Source of the DNA: Eledone cirrhosa
Lineage: Eukaryota
Length of the DNA stretch: 64,000 nt
Assembly (NCBI GenBank): GCA_964016885.1
Contig: OZ024742.1
Location: 24,366,001 to 24,430,000 of the forward strand
Direction of reading: 5' to 3'
Shown here one piece after another: positions 53,601 to 64,000 of the stretch; within the stretch, counting starts at the first letter, position 1; each line of letters starts with the position of its first letter. A program made the position numbers and the translations under genes. Under the pieces are notes generated by a model. It had not been told where the DNA came from, did no database searches, and was given only the letters and a program-made list of their open reading frames with translations.

Positions 53601-56600
53601 GTATGAGATGACTGCTGTGGATTGTGGCTTGTTGTTGTGAGGCTGAAGGTATGAGATGACTGCTGTGGATTGTGGCTTGTTGTTGTGAGGCTGAAGGTAT
53701 GAGATGACTGCTGTGGATTGTGGCTTGTTGTTGTGAGGCCGAAGTTATGAGATGACTGCTGTGGATTGTGGCCTGCTGCTGTAAGGCTGAAGGTATGAGA
53801 TGACTGCTGTGGATTGTGGCCTGCTGCTGTAAGGCTGAAGGTATGAGATGACTGCTGTGGATTGTGGCCTGCTGCTGTAAGGCTGAAGTTATGAGATGAC
53901 TGCTGTGGATTGTGGCCTGTTGCTGTAAGGCTGAAGGTATGAGATGACTGCTGTGGATTGTGGCCTGCTGCTGTAAGGCTGAAGGTATGAGATGACTGCT
54001 GTGGATTGTGGCTTGTTGTTGTGAGGCTGAAGGTATGAGATGACTGCTGTGGATTGTGGCTTGTTGTTGTGAGGCTGAAGGTATGAGATGACTGATGTGG
54101 ATTGTGGCTTGTTGTTGTGAGGCTGAAGGTACGAGATGACTGCTGTGGATTGTGGCTTGTTGTTGTGAGGCTGAAGGTATGAGATGACTGCTGTGGATTG
54201 TGGCTTGTTGTTGTGAGGCTGAAGGTATGAGATGACTGCTGTGGATTGTGGCTTGTTGTTGTGAGGCTGAAGGTATGAGATGACTGCTGTGGATTGTGGC
54301 CTGTTGCTGTAAGGCTGAAGGTATGAGATGACTGCTGTGGATTGTGGCCTGCTGCTGTAAGGCTGAAGGTATGAGATTGACTGCTGTGGATTGTGGCCTG
54401 CTGCTGTAAGGCTGAAGGTATGAGATGACTGCTGTGGATTGTGGCTTGTTGTTGTGAGGCTGAAGTTATGAGATGACTGCTGTGGATTGTGGCCTGCTGC
54501 TGTAAGGCTGAAGGTATGAGATGACTGCTGTGGATTGTGGCCTGCTGCTGTAAGGCTGAAGGTATGAGATGACTGCTGTGGATTGTGGCCTGCTGCTGTA
54601 AGGCTGAAGGTATGAGATGACTGCTGTGGATTGTGGCTTGTTGTTGTGAGGCTGAAGGTATGAGATGACTGCTGTGGATTGTGGCCTGCTGCTGTAAGGC
54701 TGAAATATGAGATGACTACTGTGGATTGTGGCTTGTTGTTGTGAGGCTGAAGGTATGAGATGACTGCTGTGGATTGTGGATTGTTGTTGTGAGGCTTAAG
54801 GTATGACATGACTGCTGTGGATTGTGGCCTGCTGCTGTAAGGCTGAAGGTGTGAGATGACTGCTGTGGATTGTGGCTTGTTGTTGTGAGGCTGAAGGTAT
54901 GAGATGACTGCTATGGATTGTGGCTTGTTGTTGTGAGGCTGAAGGTATGAGATGACTGCTGTAGATTGTGGCCTGCTGCTGCAAGGCTGAAATATGAGAT
55001 GACTACTGTGGATTGTGGCTTGTTGTTGTGAGGCTGAAGGTATGAGATGACTGCTGTGGATTGTGGCCTGCTGCTGTAAGGCTGAAGGTATGAGATGACT
55101 GCTGTGGATTGTGGCCTGTTGCTGTAAGGCTGAAGGTATGAGATGACTGCTGTGGATTGTGGCCTGTTGCTGTAAGGCTGAAGGTATGAGATGACTGCTG
55201 TGGATTGTGGCTTGTTGTTGTGAGGCTGAAGGTATGAGATGACTGCTGTGGATTGTGGCTTATTGTTGTGAGGCTGAAGGTATGAGATGACTGCTGTGGA
55301 TTGTGGCCTGCTGCTGCAAGGCTGAAATATGAGATGACTACTGTGGATTGTGGCTTGTTGTTGTGAGGCTGAAGGTATAAGATGACTGCTGTGGATTGTG
55401 GCCTGCTGCTGTAAGGCTGAAGGTATGAGATGGCTGCTGTGGATTGTGGCCTGTTGCTGTAAGGCTGAAGGTATGAGATGACTGCTGTGGATTGTGGCCT
55501 GTTGCTGTAAGGCTGAAGGTATGAGATGACTGCTGTGGATTGTGGCTTGTTGTTGTGAGGCTGAAGGTATGAGATGACTGCTGTGGATTGTGGCTTGTTG
55601 TTGTGAGGCTGAAGGTATGAGATGACTGCTGTGGATTGTGGCTTGTTGTTGTGAGGCTGAAGGTATGAGATGACTGCTGTGGATTGTGGCTTGTTGTTGT
55701 GAGGCTGAAGGTATGAGATGACTGCTGTGGATTGTGGCCTGTTGCTGTAAGGCTGAAGGTATGAGATGACTGCTGTGGATTGTGGCTTGTTGTTGTGAGG
55801 CTGAAGGTATGAGATGACTGCTGTGGATTGTGGCTTGTTGTGAGGCTGAAGGTATGAGATGACTGCTGTGGATTGTGGCTTGTTGTTGTGAGGCTGAAGG
55901 TATGAGATGACTGCTGTGGATTGTGGCTTGTTGTTGTGAGGCTGAAGGTATGAGATGACTGCTGTGGATTGTGGCCTGTTGCTGTAAGGCTGAAGGTATG
56001 AGATGACTGCTGTGGATTGTGGCCTGCTGCTGTAAGGCTGAAGGTATGAGATGACTGCTGTGGATTGTGGCCTGCTGCTGTAAGGCTGAAGGTATGAGAT
56101 GACTGCTGTGGATTGTGGCTTGTTGTTGTGAGGCTGATGTTATGAGATGACTGCTGTGGATTGTGGCCTGCTGCTGTAAGGCTGAAGGTATGAGATGACT
56201 GCTGTGGATTGTGGCCTGCTGCTGTAAGGCTGAAGGTATGAGATGACTGCTGTGGATTGTGGCCTGCTGCTGTAAGGCTGAAGGTATGAGATGACTGCTG
56301 TAGATTGTGGCCTGCTGCTGTAAGGCTGAAATATGAGATGACTACTGTGGATTGTGGCTTGTTGTTGTGAGGCTGAAGGTATGAGATGACTGCTGTGGAT
56401 TGTGGATTGTTGTTGTGAGGCTTAAGGTATGAGATGACTGCTGTGGATTGTGGCTTGTTGTTGTGAGGCTGAAGGTATGAGATGACTGCTGTGGATTGTG
56501 GCCTGTTGCTGTAAGGCTGAAGGTATGAGATGACTGCTGTGGATTGTGGCCTGCTGCTGTAAGGCTGAAGGTATGAGATGACTGCTGTGGATTGTGGCCT

Positions 56601-59600
56601 GCTGCTGTAAGGCTGAAGGTATGAGATGACTGCTGTGGATTGTGGCTTGTTGTTGTGAGGCTGAAGTTATGAGATGACTGCTGTGGATTGTGGCCTGCTG
56701 CTGTAAGGCTGAAGATATGAGATGACTGCTGTGGATTGTGGCCTGCTGCTGTAAGGCTGAAGGTATGAGATGACTGCTGTGGATTGTGGCCTGCTGCTGT
56801 AAGGCTGAAGGTATGAGATGACTGCTGTGGATTGTGGCTTGTTGTTGTGAGGCTGAAGGTATGAGATGACTGCTGTGGATTGTGGCCTGCTGCTGTAAGG
56901 CTGAAATATAAGATGACTACTGTGGATTGTGGCTTGTTGTTGTGAGGCTGAAGGTATGAGATGACTGCTGTGGATTGTGGATTGTTGTTGTGAGGCTTAA
57001 GGTATGACATGACTGCTGTGGATTGTGGCCTGCTGCTGTAAGGCTGAAGGTGTGAGATGACTGCTGTGGATTGTGGCTTGTTGTTGTGAGGCTGAAGGTA
57101 TGAGATGACTGCTATGGATTGTGGCTTGTTGTTGTGAGGCTGAAGGTATGAGATGACTGCTGTAGATTGTGGCCTGCTGCTGCAAGGCTGAAATATGAGA
57201 TGACTACTGTGGATTGTGGCTTGTTGTTGTGAGGCTGAAGGTATGAGATGACTGCTGTGGATTGTGGCCTGCTGCTGTAAGGCTGAAGGTATGAGATGAC
57301 TGCTGTGGATTGTGGCCTGTTGCTGTAAGGCTGAAGGTATGAGATGACTGCTGTGGATTGTGGCCTGTTGCTGTAAGGCTGAAGGTATGAGATGACTGCT
57401 GTGGATTGTGGCTTGTTGTTGTGAGGCTGAAGGTATGAGATGACTGCTGTGGATTGTGGCTTATTGTTGTGAGGCTGAAGGTATGAGATGACTGCTGTGG
57501 ATTGTGGCTTGTTGTTGTGAGGCTGAAGGTATGAGATGACTGCTGTGGATTGTGGCCTGTTGCTGTAAGGCTGAAGGTATGAGATGACTGCTGTGGATTG
57601 TGGCTTGTTGTTGTGAGGCTGAAGGTATGAGATGACTGCTGTGGATTGTGGCTTGTTGTGAGGCTGAAGGTATGAGATGACTGCTGTGGATTGTGGCTTG
57701 TTGTTGTGAGGCTGAAGGTATGAGATGACTGCTGTGGATTGTGGCCTGCTGCTGCAAGGCTGAAATATGAGATGACTACTGTGGATTGTGGCTTGTTGTT
57801 GTGAGGCTGAAGGTATAAGATGACTGCTGTGGATTGTGGCCTGCTGCTGTAAGGCTGAAGGTATGAGATGGCTGCTGTGGATTGTGGCCTGTTGCTGTAA
57901 GGCTGAAGGTATGAGATGACTGCTGTGGATTGTGGCCTGTTGCTGTAAGGCTGAAGGTATGAGATGACTGCTGTGGATTGTGGCTTGTTGTTGTGAGGCT
58001 GAAGGTATGAGATGACTGCTGTGGATTGTGGCTTGTTGTTGTGAGGCTGAAGGTATGAGATGACTGCTGTGGATTGTGGCTTGTTGTTGTGAGGCTGAAG
58101 GTATGAGATGACTGCTGTGGATTGTGGCTTGTTGTTGTGAGGCTGAAGGTATGAGATGACTGCTGTGGATTGTGGCCTGTTGCTGTAAGGCTGAAGGTAT
58201 GAGATGACTGCTGTGGATTGTGGCTTGTTGTTGTGAGGCTGAAGGTATGAGATGACTGCTGTGGATTGTGGCTTGTTGTGAGGCTGAAGGTATGAGATGA
58301 CTGCTGTGGATTGTGGCTTGTTGTTGTGAGGCTGAAGGTATGAGATGACTGCTGTGGATTGTGGCTTGTTGTTGTGAGGCTGAAGGTATGAGATGACTGC
58401 TGTGGATTGTGGCCTGTTGCTGTAAGGCTGAAGGTATGAGATGACTGCTGTGGATTGTGGCCTGCTGCTGTAAGGCTGAAGGTATGAGATGACTGCTGTG
58501 GATTGTGGCCTGCTGCTGTAAGGCTGAAGGTATGAGATGACTGCTGTGGATTGTGGCTTGTTGTTGTGAGGCTGATGTTATGAGATGACTGCTGTGGATT
58601 GTGGCCTGCTGCTGTAAGGCTGAAGGTATGAGATGACTGCTGTGGATTGTGGCCTGCTGCTGTAAGGCTGAAGGTATGAGATGACTGCTGTGGATTGTGG
58701 CCTGCTGCTGTAAGGCTGAAGGTATGAGATGACTGCTGTAGATTGTGGCCTGCTGCTGTAAGGCTGAAATATGAGATGACTACTGTGGATTGTGGCTTGT
58801 TGTTGTGAGGCTGAAGGTATGAGATGACTGCTGTGGATTGTGGATTGTTGTTGTGAGGCTTAAGGTATGACATGACTGCTGTGGATTGTGGCCTGCTGCT
58901 GTAAGGCTGAAGGTATGAGATGACTGCTGTGGATTGTGGCTTGTTGTTGTGAGGCTGAAGGTATGAGATGACTGCTGTGGATTGTGGCTTGTTGTTGTGA
59001 GGCTGAAGGTATGAGATGACTGCTGTGGATTGTGGCTTGTTGTTGTGAGGCTGAAGGTATGAGATGACTGCTGTGGATTGTGGCTTGTTGTTGTGAGGCC
59101 GAAGTTATGAGATGACTGCTGTGGATTGTGGCCTGCTGCTGTAAGGCTGAAGGTATGAGATGACTGCTGTGGATTGTGGCCTGCTGCTGTAAGGCTGAAG
59201 GTATGAGATGACTGCTGTGGATTGTGGCCTGCTGCTGTAAGGCTGAAGTTATGAGATGACTGCTGTGGATTGTGGCCTGTTGCTGTAAAGCTGAAGGTAT
59301 GAGATGACTGCTGTGGATTGTGGCCTGCTGCTGTAAGGCTTAAGGTATGAGATGACTGCTGTGGATTGTGGCTTGTTGTTGTGAGGCTGAAGGTATGAGA
59401 TGACTGATGTGGATTGTGGCTTGTTGTTGTGAGGCTGAAGGTACGAGATGACTGCTGTGGATTGTGGCTTGTTGTTGTGAGGCTGAAGGTATGAGATGAC
59501 TGCTGTGGATTGTGGCCTGTTGCTGTAAGGCTGAAGGTATGAGATGACTGCTGTGGATTGTGGCCTGCTGCTGTAAGGCTGAAGGTATGAGATGACTGCT

Positions 59601-62600
59601 GTGGATTGTGGCCTGCTGCTGTAAGGCTGAAGGTATGAGATGACTGCTGTGAATTGTGGCCTGCTGCTGTAAGGCTGAAGGTATGAGATGACTGCTGTAG
59701 ATTGTGGCCTGCTGCTTTAAGGCTGAAATATGAGATGACTACTGTGGATTGTGGCTTGTTGTTGTGAGGCTGAAGGTATGAGATGACTGCTGTGGATTGT
59801 GGCCTGCTGCTGTAAGGCTGAAGGTATGAGATGACTGCTGTGGATTGTGGCCTGTTGCTGTAAGGCTGAAGGTATGAGATGACTGCTGTGGATTGTGGCC
59901 TGTTGCTGTAAGGCTGAAGGTATGAGATGACTGCTGTGGATTGTGGCTTGTTGTTGTGAGGCTGAAGGTATGAGATGACTGCTGTGGATTGTGGCTTGTT
60001 GTTGTGAGGCTGAAGGTATGAGATGACTGCTGTGGATTGTGGCTTGTTGTTGTGAGGCTGAAGGTATGAGATGACTGCTGTGGATTGTGGCTTGTTGTTG
60101 TGAGGCTGAAGGTATGAGATGACTGCTGTGGATTGTGGCCTGTTGCTGTAAGGCTGAAGGTATGAGATGACTGCTGTGGATTGTGGCTTGTTGTTGTGAG
60201 GCTGAAGGTATGAGATGACTGCTGTGGATTGTGGCTTGTTGTTGTGAGGCTGAAGGTATGAGATGACTGCTGTGGATTGTGGCTTGCTGTTGTGAGGCTG
60301 AAGGTATGAGATGACTGCTGTGGATTGTGGCTTGTTGTCGTGAGGCTGAAGGTATGAGATGACTGCTGTGGATTGTGGCCTGTTGCTGTAAGGCTGAAGG
60401 TATGAGATGACTGCTGTGGATTGTGGCCTGCTGCTGTAAGGCTGAAGGTATAAGATGACTGCTGTGGATTGTGGCCTGCTGCTGTAAGGCTGAAGGTATG
60501 AGATGACTGCTGTGGATTGTGGCTTGTTGTTGTGAGGCTGAAGTTATGAGATGACTGCTGTGGATTGTGGCCTGCTGCTGTAAGGCTGAAGGTATGAGAG
60601 GACTGCTGTGGATTGTGGCCTGCTGCTGTAAGGCTGAAGGTATGAGATGACTGCTGTGAATTGTGGCCTGCTGCTGTAAGGCTGAAGGTATGAGATGACT
60701 GCTGTAGATTGTGGCCTGCTGCTGTAAGGCTGAAATATGAGATGACTACTGTGGATTGTGGCTTGTTGTTGTGAGGCTGAAGGTATGAGATGACTGCTGT
60801 GGATTGTGGATTGTTGTTGTGAGGCTTAAGGTATGACATGACTGCTGTGGATTGTGGCCTGCTGCTGTAAGGCTGAAGGTATGAGATGACTGCTGTGGAT
60901 TGTGGCTTGTTGTTGTGAGGCTGAAGGTATGAGATGACTGCTGTGGATTGTGGCCTGCTGCTGTAAGGCTGAAGGTATGAGATGACTGCTGTGGATTGTG
61001 GCCTGTTGCTGTAAGGCTGAAGGTATGAGATGACTGCTGTGGATTGTGGCCTGTTGCTGTAAGGCTGAAGGTATGAGATGACTGCTGTGGATTGTGGCTT
61101 GTTGTTGTGAGGCTGAAGGTATGAGATGACTGCTGTGGATTGTGGCTTATTGTTGTGAGGCTGAAGGTATGAGATGACTGCTGTGGATTGTGGCTTGTTG
61201 TTGTGAGGCTGAAGGTATGAGATGACTGCTGTGGATTGTGGCCTGTTGCTGTAAGGCTGAAGGTATGAGATGACTGCTGTGGATTGTGGCTTGTTGTTGT
61301 GAGGCTGAAGGTATGAGATGACTGCTGTGGATTGTGGCTTGTTGTGAGGCTGAAGGTATGAGATGACTGCTGTGGATTGTGGCTTGTTGTTGTGAGGCTG
61401 AAGGTATGAGATGACTGCTGTGGATTGTGGCCTGCTGCTGCAAGGCTGAAATATGAGATGACTACTGTGGATTGTGGCTTGTTGTTGTGAGGCTGAAGGT
61501 ATAAGATGACTGCTGTGGATTGTGGCCTGCTGCTGTAAGGCTGAAGGTATGAGATGGCTGCTGTGGATTGTGGCCTGTTGCTGTAAGGCTGAAGGTATGA
61601 GATGACTGCTGTGGATTGTGGCCTGTTGCTGTAAGGCTGAAGGTATGAGATGACTGCTGTGGATTGTGGCTTGTTGTTGTGAGGCTGAAGGTATGAGATG
61701 ACTGCTGTGGATTGTGGCTTGTTGTTGTGAGGCTGAAGGTATGAGATGACTGCTGTGGATTGTGGCTTGTTGTTGTGAGGCTGAAGGTATGAGATGACTG
61801 CTGTGGATTGTGGCTTGTTGTTGTGAGGCTGAAGGTATGAGATGACTGCTGTGGATTGTGGCCTGTTGCTGTAAGGCTGAAGGTATGAGATGACTGCTGT
61901 GGATTGTGGCTTGTTGTTGTGAGGCTGAAGGTATGAGATGACTGCTGTGGATTGTGGCTTGTTGTGAGGCTGAAGGTATGAGATGACTGCTGTGGATTGT
62001 GGCTTGTTGTTGTGAGGCTGAAGGTATGAGATGACTGCTGTGGATTGTGGCTTGTTGTTGTGAGGCTGAAGGTATGAGATGACTGCTGTGGATTGTGGCC
62101 TGTTGCTGTAAGGCTGAAGGTATGAGATGACTGCTGTGGATTGTGGCCTGCTGCTGTAAGGCTGAAGGTATGAGATGACTGCTGTGGATTGTGGCCTGCT
62201 GCTGTAAGGCTGAAGGTATGAGATGACTGCTGTGGATTGTGGCTTGTTGTTGTGAGGCTGATGTTATGAGATGACTGCTGTGGATTGTGGCCTGCTGCTG
62301 TAAGGCTGAAGGTATGAGATGACTGCTGTGGATTGTGGCCTGCTGCTGTAAGGCTGAAGGTATGAGATGACTGCTGTGGATTGTGGCCTGCTGCTGTAAG
62401 GCTGAAGGTATGAGATGACTGCTGTAGATTGTGGCCTGCTGCTGTAAGGCTGAAATATGAGATGACTACTGTGGATTGTGGCTTGTTGTTGTGAGGCTGA
62501 AGGTATGAGATGACTGCTGTGGATTGTGGATTGTTGTTGTGAGGCTTAAGGTATGACATGACTGCTGTGGATTGTGGCCTGCTGCTGTAAGGCTGAAGGT

Positions 62601-64000
62601 ATGAGATGACTGCTGTGGATTGTGGCTTGTTGTTGTGAGGCTGAAGGTATGAGATGACTGCTGTGGATTGTGGCTTGTTGTTGTGAGGCTGAAGGTATGA
62701 GATGACTGCTGTGGATTGTGGCTTGTTGTTGTGAGGCTGAAGGTATGAGATGACTGCTGTGGATTGTGGCTTGTTGTTGTGAGGCCGAAGTTATGAGATG
62801 ACTGCTGTGGATTGTGGCCTGCTGCTGTAAGGCTGAAGGTATGAGATGACTGCTGTGGATTGTGGCCTGCTGCTGTAAGGCTGAAGGTATGAGATGACTG
62901 CTGTGGATTGTGGCCTGCTGCTGTAAGGCTGAAGTTATGAGATGACTGCTGTGGATTGTGGCCTGTTGCTGTAAAGCTGAAGGTATGAGATGACTGCTGT
63001 GGATTGTGGCCTGCTGCTGTAAGGCTTAAGGTATGAGATGACTGCTGTGGATTGTGGCTTGTTGTTGTGAGGCTGAAGGTATGAGATGACTGATGTGGAT
63101 TGTGGCTTGTTGTTGTGAGGCTGAAGGTACGAGATGACTGCTGTGGATTGTGGCTTGTTGTTGTGAGGCTGAAGGTATGAGATGACTGCTGTGGATTGTG
63201 GCCTGTTGCTGTAAGGCTGAAGGTATGAGATGACTGCTGTGGATTGTGGCCTGCTGCTGTAAGGCTGAAGGTATGAGATGACTGCTGTGGATTGTGGCCT
63301 GCTGCTGTAAGGCTGAAGGTATGAGATGACTGCTGTGAATTGTGGCCTGCTGCTGTAAGGCTGAAGGTATGAGATGACTGCTGTAGATTGTGGCCTGCTG
63401 CTGTAAGGCTGAAATATGAGATGACTACTGTGGATTGTGGCTTGTTGTTGTGAGGCTGAAGGTATGAGATGACTGCTGTGGATTGTGGCCTGCTGCTGTA
63501 AGGCTGAAGGTATGAGATGACTGCTGTGGATTGTGGCCTGTTGCTGTAAGGCTGAAGGTATGAGATGACTGCTGTGGATTGTGGCCTGTTGCTGTAAGGC
63601 TGAAGGTATGAGATGACTGCTGTGGATTGTGGCTTGTTGTTGTGAGGCTGAAGGTATGAGATGACTGCTGTGGATTGTGGCTTGTTGTTGTGAGGCTGAA
63701 GGTATGAGATGACTGCTGTGGATTGTGGCTTGTTGTTGTGAGGCTGAAGGTATGAGATGACTGCTGTGGATTGTGGCTTGTTGTTGTGAGGCTGAAGGTA
63801 TGAGATGACTGCTGTGGATTGTGGCCTGTTGCTGTAAGGCTGAAGGTATGAGATGACTGCTGTGGATTGTGGCTTGTTGTTGTGAGGCTGAAGGTATGAG
63901 ATGACTGCTGTGGATTGTGGCTTGTTGTTGTGAGGCTGAAGGTATGAGATGACTGCTGTGGATTGTGGCTTGCTGTTGTGAGGCTGAAGGTATGAGATGA
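38607..64000. repeat. 48-bp tandem satellite array (about 530 units, continues past the window end) with higher-order structure
   Basis: Unit gctgaaggtatgagatgactgctgtggattgtggc + [ttgttgttgtgag | ctgttgctgtaag | ctgctgctgtaag]. 45-bp and 47-bp variants recur. Confidence 0.97.

Noticed and set aside
38607-64000. CRISPR array or long protein-coding genes (ORFs up to 694 aa)
   Set aside because: There are no unique spacers and no cas genes. The ORFs switch between three repeat frames at 1-bp deletion units, as expected for a satellite.
38607-64000. Hammerhead-containing satellite (CTGAAGG resembles CUGANGA)
   Set aside because: The unit has no GAAA at a suitable distance and no stem II.

Overview
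AT-rich, microsatellite-dense animal genomic DNA with no prokaryotic features. The SINE/RTE repertoire and the (TA)n/(CA)n density suggest a mollusc, probably a cephalopod such as Octopus (inference). Bases 1 to about 38.6 kb are a transposable-element graveyard. It holds RTE-clade LINE 3' fragments, two groups of tRNA-derived SINEs, a decayed RLE-type (R4/Dong-like) non-LTR fragment, two head-to-tail non-autonomous Helitrons, and a 5.1-kb Penelope-like element (PLE) with RT C-terminus, GIY-YIG endonuclease and 1.5-kb inverted arms. The most notable unannotated signal is a set of about 9 minimal type-I hammerhead ribozyme motifs from about 7 unrelated sequence families. Most sit in short elements inserted into (TA)n, and several share a fold-back 'inverted arm + direct arm + short tail' architecture. 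From 38.6 kb to the end of the window is a 48-bp satellite array (>25 kb) with higher-order periods. No intact host protein-coding gene could be identified; only candidate micro-exons and decayed exon-like segments were seen. Most ORFs in the track are microsatellite or satellite artefacts. All alignments and folds were done by eye.
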